This document shows positions 1 to 10,174 of a DNA stretch of 64,000 nt, in pieces (positions within the stretch are counted from its first letter, which is position 1; the number at the start of each line of letters is the position of its first letter). Below the pieces are notes generated by a model. That model searched no databases and was not told the origin of the DNA. It was given only the letters and a program-made list of their open reading frames with translations. Origin of the DNA: Guillardia theta CCMP2712 (lineage: Eukaryota; Protista; Cryptophyta); NCBI RefSeq assembly GCF_000315625.1, contig NW_005434602.1, forward strand, positions 181,848-245,847, in the 5' to 3' direction. A program made the position numbers and the translations under genes.

Positions 1-2060
1 ATGAACATACATCCAAATGGCAAGTACGCGATCCTGTACGACGATGGAGACTTTGAGCCCTTCGTAACACGAAAGAACATCCGAGGGAAGGAGACCACCG
101 CGGACGGGAGGAAGTATGATTGGAGCAAAGAGGCCAAAGGAGTCGGGAAAGAGAATAGATCACGACAGGACTCAGGCAAGCAGCAGGAGGCAGGAGGGAG
201 GGGCAGGTCTCCATCACCGTCGAAGGCTCAGCCCAGGAGCAACTCTCCAGCAAAGCGGAAGCGATCAGAATCTCCATCCAAAACCCCCCCGAAGGCCAAG
301 AAGAGCGGACCATCGATGGAGAGGGCCAAGCCAGCATCGAGGTCAGCCTCGCCGCACAGGAGCCTCGCCGCAGCCAAGCCCAAGGCTGGCTCTGCGTCCA
401 GGTCAGCCTCGCCGCACAGAAGCCTCGCCGCAGCCAAGCCCAAGGCTGGCTCTGCGTCCAGGTCCGCACCGACACACAGGGGCGTGGTTGAAAGCAAGCA
501 CAGGATACCACCTGCCACTCCGGCGCCATCGTCTCTGCTCGACGGAGACCTGGAGAGCTGTATCGATGCGAAGGCTGCAGCGCTGCTGGCGAGTATGAAG
601 ACACACCAAGGAAGCCACGCCAAAGGAGAGAGCAAGAAGTCATTAACCGTCCAGAAAAGGAGCGAGGTGACGATGGACCCGATACTGAAAGTAGGAGACT
701 ACGTGGATGCACGATGGAGCGTGCCCAACGGGAAGGAGTACCCCTGGTTCCCTGGGACCATCATCGGGATCAAGCCGAACAAGGGACACTACATCGTGCG
801 GTTTGAGGAGGACGACGAGATATACGAGCTACTAGCGAAGCATGTGAGAAAGTCGACGGACTACGACTTTCCGAAGCATGTGCGCTTTCTTCCGCTTTCA
901 GTAGGGGACAAGGTGGAAGCGCGCTGGAGGCATGCGGACGGAAACAAGAAGTGGTACAAAGGGACGGTGATGAACATACATCCCAATGGCAAGTGCGCGA
1001 TCCTGTACGACGATGGAGACTTTGAGCCCTTTGTGCTGAGGAAGAACATTCGAGGGAAGGAGACCACCGCGGACGGGAGGAAGTATGATTGGAGCAAAGA
1101 GGCCAAAGGAGTCGGGAAAGAGAATAGATCACGACAGGACTCAGGCAAGCAGCAGGAGGCAGGAGGGAGGGGCAGGTCTCCATCACCGTCGAAGGCTCAG
1201 CCCAGGAGCAACTCTCCAGCAAAGCGGAAGCGATCAGAATCTCCATCCAAAACCCCCCCGAAGGCCAAGAAGAGCGGACCATCGATGGAGAGGGCCAAGC
1301 CAGCATCGAGGTCAGCCTCGCCGCACAGGAGCCTCGCCGCAGCCAAGCCCAAGGCTGGCTCTGCGTCCAGGTCAGCCTCGCCGCACAGGAGCCTCGCCGC
1401 AGCCAAGCCCAAGGCTGGCTCTGCGTCCAGGTCCGCACCGACACACAGGGGCGTGGTTGAAAGCAAGCACAGGATACCACCTGCCACTCCGGCGCCATCG
1501 TCTCTGCTCGACGGAGACCTGGAGAGCTGTATCGATGCGAAGGCTGCAGCGCTGCTGGCGAGTATGAAGACACACCAAGGAAGCCACGCCAAAGGAGAGA
1601 GCAAGAAGTCATTAACCGTCCAGAAAAGGAGCGAGGTGACGATGGACCCGATACTGAAAGTAGGAGACTACGTGGATGCACGATGGAGCGTGCCCAACGG
1701 GAAGGAGTACCCCTGGTTCCCTGGGACCATCATCGGGATCAAGCCGAACAAGGGACACTACATCGTGCGGTTTGAGGAGGACGACGAGATATACGAGCTA
1801 CTAGCGAAGCATGTGAGAAAGTCGACGGACTACGACTTTCCGAAGCATGTGCGCTTTCTTCCGCTTTCAGTAGGGGACAAGGTGGAAGCGCGCTGGAGGC
1901 ATGCGGACGGAAACAAGAAGTGGTACAAAGGGACGGTGATGAACATACATCCCAATGGCAAGTACGCGATCCTGTACGACGATGGAGACTTTGAGCCCTT
2001 TGTGCTGAGGAAGAACATTCGAGGGAAGGAGGTCACCGCGGACGGGTGGAAGTATGATTG
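1..2060 (+). repeat. 969-bp coding tandem repeat (units 1-969, 970-1938, partial 1939-2060) with an internal 60-bp duplication
   Basis: atgaacatacatcc recurs at 1, 970 and 1939. Units are near-identical, with a few substitutions near the unit start. SRSASPHRSLAAAKPKAGSA is duplicated within each unit. Confidence 0.97.
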
Positions 2061-2079
2061 GGCTGGAGGGGGACGTTAA
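1..2079 (+). CDS. Tudor/Agenet-domain repeat protein with S/R/K/P-rich linkers (probably 5'-truncated by window edge)
   Basis: Intronless ORF. Each repeat unit has two Tudor-like domains (LKVGDYVDARW...WFPGTI...YIVRFEED; LSVGDKVEARW...WYKGTV...YAILYDDGD) with aromatic-cage residues. Stop TAA ends at 2079. Confidence 0.8.
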   Translation: MNIHPNGKYAILYDDGDFEPFVTRKNIRGKETTADGRKYDWSKEAKGVGKENRSRQDSGKQQEAGGRGRSPSPSKAQPRSNSPAKRKRSESPSKTPPKAKKSGPSMERAKPASRSASPHRSLAAAKPKAGSASRSASPHRSLAAAKPKAGSASRSAPTHRGVVESKHRIPPATPAPSSLLDGDLESCIDAKAAALLASMKTHQGSHAKGESKKSLTVQKRSEVTMDPILKVGDYVDARWSVPNGKEYPWFPGTIIGIKPNKGHYIVRFEEDDEIYELLAKHVRKSTDYDFPKHVRFLPLSVGDKVEARWRHADGNKKWYKGTVMNIHPNGKCAILYDDGDFEPFVLRKNIRGKETTADGRKYDWSKEAKGVGKENRSRQDSGKQQEAGGRGRSPSPSKAQPRSNSPAKRKRSESPSKTPPKAKKSGPSMERAKPASRSASPHRSLAAAKPKAGSASRSASPHRSLAAAKPKAGSASRSAPTHRGVVESKHRIPPATPAPSSLLDGDLESCIDAKAAALLASMKTHQGSHAKGESKKSLTVQKRSEVTMDPILKVGDYVDARWSVPNGKEYPWFPGTIIGIKPNKGHYIVRFEEDDEIYELLAKHVRKSTDYDFPKHVRFLPLSVGDKVEARWRHADGNKKWYKGTVMNIHPNGKYAILYDDGDFEPFVLRKNIRGKEVTADGWKYDWAGGGR

Positions 2080-2180
2080 GACTTTTGGCGAGCAAGACTT
2101 TGATTGTTCTTGACGTAACTCTCTCAAGCACAAGTCCTGTGGCACCAGATGGAATGCCAGTGCTGCTAGGCTTTCCGTGT

Positions 2181-3445
2181 TCAAGTCTTCATTGTTTGAA
2201 ATCTATCGATTGGCTCCCCGGAATCGTCAACTTGCCCTTGGTGCAGAGTTCAGTAATAGTCTTTAGCGTTGCCTTTCCTCACCTTGAGTGATTAGGTGGA
2301 GAGCGCAGGTTTATGAATGGATCGAAGATGTTGTCTTCTTCGATCAACGTCGCGTTGTCAAACCGCTCAGACGCCAAGAAGACCTGTACGGTGTCGCAAA
2401 GATATTCTCAATGACACAAAGTGCTGGATACCTTCCCAACAAACTTGTTCTTCCTGAGAGTCACTCTGTGCTTTCCCAGCACGAAAGCAAATATAGCCTT
2501 GTTCTGATCGATTAGGCCTGTTGTACTATTATACACAAGAATCACTAGACGTCGCAATTACAATTCGACATTTCGAAGCTCGGGTAGTCGTCAAGACAGA
2601 AGGCGCACAGAGAGCGTGTTATATGACAACGTTCCATCTGCAAGAAGTTGATACAGAGAGAAGAGGGAGAAAGTCGACTATCACCTTCACTGCGCTGTTC
2701 CCATAGATCATCATGTTGAACATCACCGCACCTGAAAGTTCGCACTTCTTCGCGGTAAAAGTAGAGTTTCCGCCCACGTAGATGAGGTTGTTCAAGTCTT
2801 GAGGCACAACCGAATCGTTGAACTGACCTGAAGTCAGCAACGAGTCTCAGGACCTCAGGAAGTTCTTACTTCTCGCTGGTCTATGGGGAGTTCTTGTACC
2901 TTGGTTTGATACATGGAAACCTTGGGCGATTGGCACATAGGAGAGTCCAGAGGGCGTTCCTCGTCTAGTTCCCCTCCTATGATAATCAAGGCAGGTGCTT
3001 CGAAACCCGTGCCAGTACCCATGATGCAACACTTGTTGAAATCCCAGTTCCCACCGAGAATGAAGAAGACCCCGGCACTGGTTCTGGGATCTGAGTTTTG
3101 CCTCTCGTTCAGCAAGTAGAGGTTCTCGAAGCGGCCCTCAGCAGTCTTGCTGAGGTCTTGCTCGAGAAACCATGAGCCTCTCACCTTGACTTCCTTCTCT
3201 GGGCCTAGCTGATACTTCTCATCCTCTATCTTGTACTTCCGTTCCTCACCAAACACTGACACGCTCCTCGCAAGTCTCAGCGAAAGCGTATGGTCGAGGA
3301 GGTGCGCTCCCTTTCGCAATTCGATCTTGGATTGCCCTTGCCTTATCATGTCTGCGATGAAACCAGATGTCTCCAGTTCATGCACAGCAGCATCGTTGGC
3401 TGACACGACTATCAGGATCGTGAGGAGACCTTGAAGGTAGTTCAT
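2181..3445 (-). CDS. Multi-exon secreted-type protein of unknown function, possibly pectin-lyase-like beta-helix
   Basis: Signal-peptide-like start MNYLQGLLTILIVVSA. Motif IELRKGAHLL..L.L..SVSVFGE is typical of beta-helix N-caps. Further short exons (GQFNDSVVPQDL..., MERCHITRSLCAF...) are joined by GT-AG introns. Probable stop at 2181-2183. Confidence 0.5.
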
Positions 3446-4617
3446 GTGCCTGGAGCGGATTTGAAGAGCGTCAATTCGATGTCAGGCGAGTATCAATCAT
3501 GATATCACTGTGACAGTCGCTGCTGACCTACTGCCTCCTCCTCTCCCTCCCTCCTGCTTCCATGGATGTCTCGACAGGACTTATTGCCGCTTTCCGAGGA
3601 CATTAAATTTAATTCGAATGAAACACTGGTATAAGTGTATCTGCCTTTTTCAGAAAACTAATGAAATGCCTGAGGTGAGCTTGTTCTTTTCTATCTGGAA
3701 TCCACCCCACCTTCTGCAATACTGTTTCAGGCACCCGTCCTTTCCTCAATTAGTATAACCCCACCCTTTGGAGCTACTTGGTATTACCCTACCCTTGCCT
3801 AGCCTCACTTATCTTTAGTGACCCCCTTTTTACATGATACAATTAGGGGTACTATCCTATTTTAGTACCCATCCACCCCCCAATATTGACCCCTACCCTG
3901 CCTCGAAAGGTGGGTGGCGTCACCATGGACGTGCGATCCATGCGCGACGACGAGGTAAGAGGAGGGAAGTGGGGAGGGAGCGGAGAAACATGAGCAGCAG
4001 CAGTAGGATGAGGAGAAGAAGTCGAAGGAAGAGGATCAAGCACGTTGGAAACAGCTAGAAGAGCAAGAGCAATCACATCGCTGAACGAGAAGTTAGGGTA
4101 GTTGGAGAGGATCGCGGTGTATACGAGGAGGTAAAGCGAAGGAGGGAGGTGAATTCAACTCTTGATACATGTAGCCATGATAGTGACAACACAATCATGA
4201 TGAGAAGGAGATGTGCATTCCTCTTCACTCTTATCCTGGAACAGGATTCCATGAGGTGGAGGTTGAGATCAGTTTGCGTGAGCTTGTGTCTTGGGATCAT
4301 GGAACAATCAGAGAATGTTGTGTAGTAGACGGCAAAGAACGGAAAATTTCTGATAGACTGATAAACGACATGGATGAGACAACCTAGTGTTATCACCATG
4401 AAGAAGAGACTGCTAACAAGGAACTGATGCTTCGGACTGACACGTAGCAATACCACCGTGACATTCTGTCTCATATCCCTGTTCTCATTCTTTCACCAAT
4501 GCCTGGCAAGAATTTCACTTCTTTCACATCATATGCATTCCATACTCCTCCGTTGTTCCACTACAATACTTCTGTCCCTGTGTTGTCCTCGTTGGTTTTC
4601 ACGTTTGTTGCCTGTCA

Positions 4618-6760
4618 GGTGCTGGTGGTACAAGACGACAAAGACAAGGCTGATCCAGCATGGCCTCCTTGGAAGCAGCTGCTGGAGGTGAAAACTCCTT
4701 GCCACCTCTTGCTCGTACTCTTTGCCCTTGCTCGTCGTTATGTTCTTTTGCTCTTGCTCTTACTCTTTTCCCTCCTGATTGTTTGTCCTATCGTCTACTG
4801 CCTTCCCTGTTCTGTGAACTCCCTTCGCACTCTTCCTCAGTGTTCCTCTCTCCTCGTTTGCTGATAGGCAAGAGCAGGACCTTGCGGAAGCACATCCTCC
4901 TCCGAGCACAGTCAAACTCGCGTACAAGAACCTGGGAGATGCAGGTGATGGAAGCTGGTGTTGGTGTCCCTTGTGACACGGAGAGCAGGAGCGTTCCGAC
5001 TGGCTGAGCTCCTCAAAGGTCCACTCCAAGGAGTCAAAGGTAAAGCATGATGCAAGGAGGAGGAGGAGTAGGAGAGTGAGGACGAGGACGAGGACGAGGA
5101 GAAGAGGACGAGGACGAGGACGAGGACGAGGAGAAGCGGAGGAGGAGATCTTGACATCAAGGTCTGCTGCAGTCCTTGACCTGAGCTGCACGTCTGTTGG
5201 TTCTTCTGGAGCATGCGCAATAGCAGCTGTCTTGCCCGGTATGACTCGCCTCCTCTTTCTCTTCCTTCCCCTCCTCTTTGTCTTTCTTCTCCTCCTCTTT
5301 CTCTGTTTAATTTCCTGTGCTTGCTGCTCCTGCAATCAATATCCGCAACCTGTCTCCTCCTCGACGATATTATCTGCCTCCCCATTCTGCTCGTAATGAA
5401 GCTCCTGCAGGTCATGCGGAGCTGCGAGCGCTTGACATGAGCTCCAACGCTGTCACTGACGTCGGCGCTATGGCGTTTGCTCAGAGCATGACGAAGAACA
5501 GGTGGGGAAGAGAGGCAGCGGGAGAGCTTGACGTTGGGGCCGCAGCACGTTGCAGTCGTTGTGCTTGCACGCATGTCTCATCGGTGACAAGGGGGCGAGC
5601 GCCATAGCGGAGACGCTGGAGGTTGGACGAAGTGGAGAGAGGGAGGGAGGGAGGGAGGGGAGGGAGGGAGGGAGGGAGGGAGGGAGGGAGGGGGNNNNNN
5701 NNNNNNNNNNNNNNNNNNNNNNNNNNNNNNNNNNNNNNNNNNNNNNNNNNNNNNNNNNNNNNNNNNNNNNNNNNNNNNNNNNNNNNNNNNNNNNGGATCT
5801 GATCGAGTCGATCTTCAGCTTGTTCCCGAGCGAGTGCGTGGAGGGCAAGAAACTGGCGGCAGGGAAAACTCTCGAATCTGCGAGGGACGAGCGCAGGTTG
5901 TAGTCGTTGCCTGCTGAGATCTGATGTGATGAACGATGACATGTTGTGACTTGCTCGCAATCAGGTTGTACCTGGTCATCGGAGGAAGCTTGATCGGAAA
6001 GAACGAGCAGCTTGCCTCCGCAATATGTCACGGAAGCATACTACCCCGGCGACCTCATCGGCCTGGACGACTTCATCCTCAAGGTGACATGGGGAGCAAA
6101 GACGACAAGGATGCATGGAAGGGAGGAGGGAGCAAGAGAAAGAAAACGGATGCGAAGAAGGATGTAGGAGGAGAGGTGGAGGAGAGGAGGAGGTCATGAG
6201 CAGAATTACAAAGGAAGAAGAGGAGGGAGGACGTGGTGGCGGTGGGAAGGAGGGAGTGAGGGAGGGAGGGAGGGGGTTTATGACATTCTGTGGTGCTTGC
6301 AGAAGAACAACACGCTCCTGGAGCTCAACTTGCGGCAGAACTACATTTCTGATACGGGTAATGACAATGAAAGGAGGAGAGGGTACGGAGAGAGCAGGCG
6401 AACGAGGCCGAGGGAAGGATTAGATGACGAGGATAAGGCAGGCAAGGACGGAGGTAGAAGAGACAGGGGGGGAGACAGAGATAGTGGAGAAGCAAAGCTA
6501 GCATGAGAGAATGTTGAGGAGAAGTAGGAGGGGTAGGACCGAGGAGCAGATGGAGCGGGAAGCTCTGATGGTGTTGTAGGAGCAACCAGGATCGCTAACG
6601 CCATCCGCTCCAACAAAACTCTCCGAGTCTGTGACGTACAGGTGAGGGTGTGCTGGGATCGATGGCTCGCTGACAGTATGATGGTCGACCAGAGCAACAG
6701 CTACGGGCAGGCAGGCAGGGCCTGCTTGCATGACGCGTACAAGAGCAATGGGCAGGTTGA
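4618..6760 (+). CDS. RNI-like (NLRC3-type) leucine-rich repeat protein, multi-exon, spans assembly gap
   Basis: Exons VLDLSCTSVGSSGACAIA, LRALDMSSNAVTDVGAMAFA, LQSLCLHACLIGDKGASAIAETLE, KNNTLLELNLRQNYISDT and GATRIANAIRSNKTL match the LxLxxNxIxDxGAxxLA consensus. Ends approximate. Confidence 0.75.
5695..5794. other. Assembly gap (100 N) following a (GAGG)n tract
   Basis: Run of N directly seen. Confidence 0.99.
5796..6082 (+). other. Two-exon fragment resembling a cyclic-nucleotide-binding (cNMP) domain, lying inside the LRR gene intron
   Basis: GKKLAAGKTLESARDERR joined via intron 5897-5964 to LYLVIGGSL..., then VTEAYYPGDLIGLDDFILK in a shifted frame. Confidence 0.35.
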
Positions 6761-7405
6761 GAGGAGCATGCCGCTAGCATGGCACGCGGCCGGTCGGACG
6801 GGCCAGGGGGAGGGGGAGGAGGGGACAGACGCTGTGCTGGCGAGACTCGCGCTTCCTCCTCGCAGCCTTGTGTCGGTTGACAGCGCGCTGGATGCGAGTA
6901 AGACGAGGCACAGCAGGAAGAAGACTCCGTCCTCCAACGACAAGGGAGCGTCGCCGAGCATGCAGCAGAACAACCTGAGGAGCTGCCCTCCTCCTGCTCT
7001 GCTGGGATCGAGCTCGAGGAGCAAACCTGCGATCTTCTGTGCCGACCACGACGACAACAGCAAGGCTGTGCGGAGGTGACAGTGCCTCATGCTCGTGCTG
7101 CAGCGATGTGACGTTAGGGCTGCAGAGGTCGTTTCCACTGTGTCATGCTCTTCGTCCAGGTGATGGGAGGGCTGAGACACGGAGGAGGAGAGGGGAGATC
7201 AGGGGCGGGGGGGGGGAGGGCGGAAGAGGAGGAGGGGCGAGGGACGAAAGGGATGTGCTGCTGATGTTTTTGTCCTTCAGAATACTTTCAGGCTAAAGAG
7301 AATTCAAGCGCTCAGGATGTTCCTGCTCTTAGCAATCGTCGTTGCTACAGGTAATGCGCCTCATCCCCTTCCACCTCCCCCCTCCTTACTCTCCCTCTCC
7401 CTCTC

Positions 7406-7436
<31 letters not shown>

Positions 7437-7725
7437 ACTCTCCCTCCATCTCTCCCTCTCCCTCTCCCTCCCCCTCCCCCCCCCCCTCCCTCGCTCATCT
7501 ACTTTTCTTTCTCGTTCTCTGACAAGCCCCGCAGTGCTCCTGTGGATCTCTCACTCGACGCTAGAGGACATCGAGGACAGGAGCGGACGAGCCTTGCTCA
7601 GGACAGGTGACTTGTTGCTGCAGATATGAGGGAGGAGAGTGGGACGAGGGGAGGGTGGGGGAGGGAGGGAGGGAGGGAGGGAGGGAGGAGGGAACAGCGG
7701 GGAACGGCGCTGAAGGAGCGGGCAG

Positions 7726-8103
7726 GTCATTTCTTCCGATCAAAGAACAAGAGCTCAAAAGTCTCGCTGGACGTGACGAGGGTGGGGATGACAACCCCGG
7801 CAGGTCACTTGTAGTCACACTTGTATAGATACCTTATTGAACCATGTCGCACGATACTGACTGGCAGACTGAAGGACGAGAAGAAGTAGAGAACGAGGAT
7901 AGGGGAGAGCGAGGAAGGGGAGGGGAGGAAGGCGTCGAGGTGGGTTGGCAACCGAGGAAGAACGAGGGAAGCTTCACGAAGATGTTGGAGGTGCAGTCAA
8001 GAATGGCTGCTGTGTTTGCGTTGGTCATCTCAATCGGCAGCCCCTTAGCCACTGCCGCCGCTACTTCAGCTTTCGCTGCCTCGATCTCTTCTTTCGTCGG
8101 CAT
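7726..8103 (-). CDS. Small hypothetical protein (multi-exon)
   Basis: MPTKEEIEAAKAEVAAAVAKGLPIEMTNANTAAILDCTSNIFVK with coding-like codon use. Possible last exon ...VIPTLVTSSETFELLFFDRKK*. Confidence 0.35.
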
Positions 8104-8789
8104 GCCTGCCGCTGCCGCATCAGCATGGAGAGCAGAGCTCTCATAGACCACCTGCTGCCTCCCCACCGCTCTCTCCCCCTTCTCCGTGCGATGCATGATG
8201 GTGGCCAGAGCAGGTCTCGTCCGTGCAGACGCCCTCGCTGCTCTCACCAGAAGCCTGCCGCAAGCGTCACCGCCGACATGGGACATGCGTCACCCTACCT
8301 GCTTCTGAGCATGTTCTAAGAATTCTTCCGTGGAAACCTTACCATCCCCGTCCTTGTCCATCACAGATTGAGCCGCCTCTTGTCCAATACATCCTACGGC
8401 GAAGAGGAGAACGGAAAGCGCCAAGAGAAGAAACAGCCTCCTCATGCTGGAATCTCAAGTATCAACACAGCGAGAGAGATGAAACGTCCTGCACCCTCTC
8501 CCCACATCCCTTCCTTGCTCTTTGTTCCTTTCCAAATGCCTCGACCTTTCCAGTTTCCGACCCTGCAATCTCTAGAGATTCTCAACTCCACCATCTCACT
8601 TCTGACCGAAAGATCTTCAGCATGGCTTGTAAGAACCTCTGACTATCTCTACCTCTCCCTCCCTCTCCCTCTCTCCTGCCTCCTCTCTCCCTCCTTCATC
8701 GCTCGCTTCAGTCTACTGCATTCCCACGGCCCCCGTCACATGCCCTTGCTAATCCGCGCCCTCATCCCCGTCCCTACTCAGTCTTCACC

Positions 8790-9050
8790 GCCGCCCTCGG
8801 TCGCTGGCCCGGGCCGCCCCGGGCCGCGGCGGCTGGGCTCTGTGCCGGCGGCTGCCAGGCCCGCCACCCGTGTTGGGTGTCATTGGGGCCTGGCGGCGCC
8901 CGAGCCCGCCATGCCGCCAGCCGGCCCGGCCCGGCCCGGCCCGGCCCCGCGGCGGCAACCGGCGTCCCGGATCGGACGAAGTTCTCGGAGGGCCGGCGCC
9001 TGCGGCCTCGGCCTGCCGGGCCCGGCCCGGCTGCCGCGGCCCCGGTGCAT
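8790..9050. promoter_or_regulatory. Extremely GC-rich CCGG/GGCC island between divergent genes
   Basis: Dense (CCGGC)n-type sequence such as gccggcccggcccggcccggcccggcccc. Similar islands at ~12780, ~15890, ~36830, ~40570, ~51960 and ~63570. Regulatory role is inference. Confidence 0.4.
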
Positions 9051-10174
9051 TCAGTAATTTTGGTTCCAATTTCAAACATAGTTTTCTGCAATTTTGAAAA
9101 ATTGAAAAGATTATTCTCCTTTCCCTGTACCCCTTGTATTACCAAAGGATTTCAGACAAATAGACCGGTGCTAAGCAACTAACCCACCCACCCTTTTCCC
9201 ATGATTCTGCAGACTTTGTCAGGGGTATGTACACCACCCCTCTGTTTGTGTGATACGTTTTATTAGACATGTACCACCCCTACAGATGTACTACCCATTT
9301 GCTATCACCCCGTCCACGTTCGTGATAACCGGTCATATTCCCTTCTTTTCGTGTTTTATGACCTACCCCAATTGAATCAAATATGTGGATTACCCTACCT
9401 AAATCCAACAAGCACCACCCCCACCTCACTGCACCATACTCTCGAATCTATGCCCGGAGTCTATATTCCTTGCGTGATGGCATCCTGCCGCAGGATTTGT
9501 CTGAGCCGCTATGCTCCTTCTGATTGAACTTCTCATGCAGCTTCCATGCAGAAGATGCGCCTTCTCATGATCCTCCTTTCAATCTTTCTCCTGCGTTTTA
9601 GTTTCCCTCACCAAGCAACTTACCCCTCTCTGTCTCCCTTGAATTGCTTAGCATTGTGCACCGATTGCAGCCGTGTTTTCCCTGGTGAAATCTGTCTCAT
9701 GACCTCTACAACTGGGTTCTCTCTTCCCTCGTTTCCAGTATATCTCGAATTCCATGCTTTTTCTTCTGTTTTTGATGTTCTCTTTGCATCCGTTGCGAAT
9801 CTCGATTCCGGTCATTCGAAATCCTTCATTTCTTTGACACATTCTTTCTTGAATGATTCCCTTTTTCACCTACATGCACGCACAGTTATGCTATTGCTTT
9901 CGATTCCATCAACCTCGATGCCCTTCACTACCACAAGCTCGTTAATCCTGATCAACCATTCTCAACATTGATAACCCTATCCCTAACTTTTCTCCTTGCT
10001 GCATCAACTGTATCAACCTGTAGCCAAATACTCGATTCTTATGGTCACCGAAGCTTTTCTTCAGCCTTGCTGACATCTGTTTTGCTTCAGGCTGATGACG
10101 AAGACTGTTTGACCTAAGGCACAAATGCATTAGAGAAGGATCTTTCGACGTCTCATCATACTTGTTTGTCCAGG

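Noticed and set aside
116-1681. Overlapping alternative-frame and antisense ORFs in the Tudor repeat
   Set aside because: Expected shadow ORFs of a GC-rich coding repeat, with no recognisable domains.
2035-2181. Coding overlap between the Tudor gene and the minus-strand gene
   Set aside because: The minus-strand gene more plausibly stops at 2181-2183.
6956-7814. Possible small multi-exon plus-strand gene
   Set aside because: Splice-like boundaries exist, but no consistent frame or homology could be supported.
8368-9182. Pro/Arg/Gly-rich ORFs on both strands
   Set aside because: Products of the GC island lacking stop codons.
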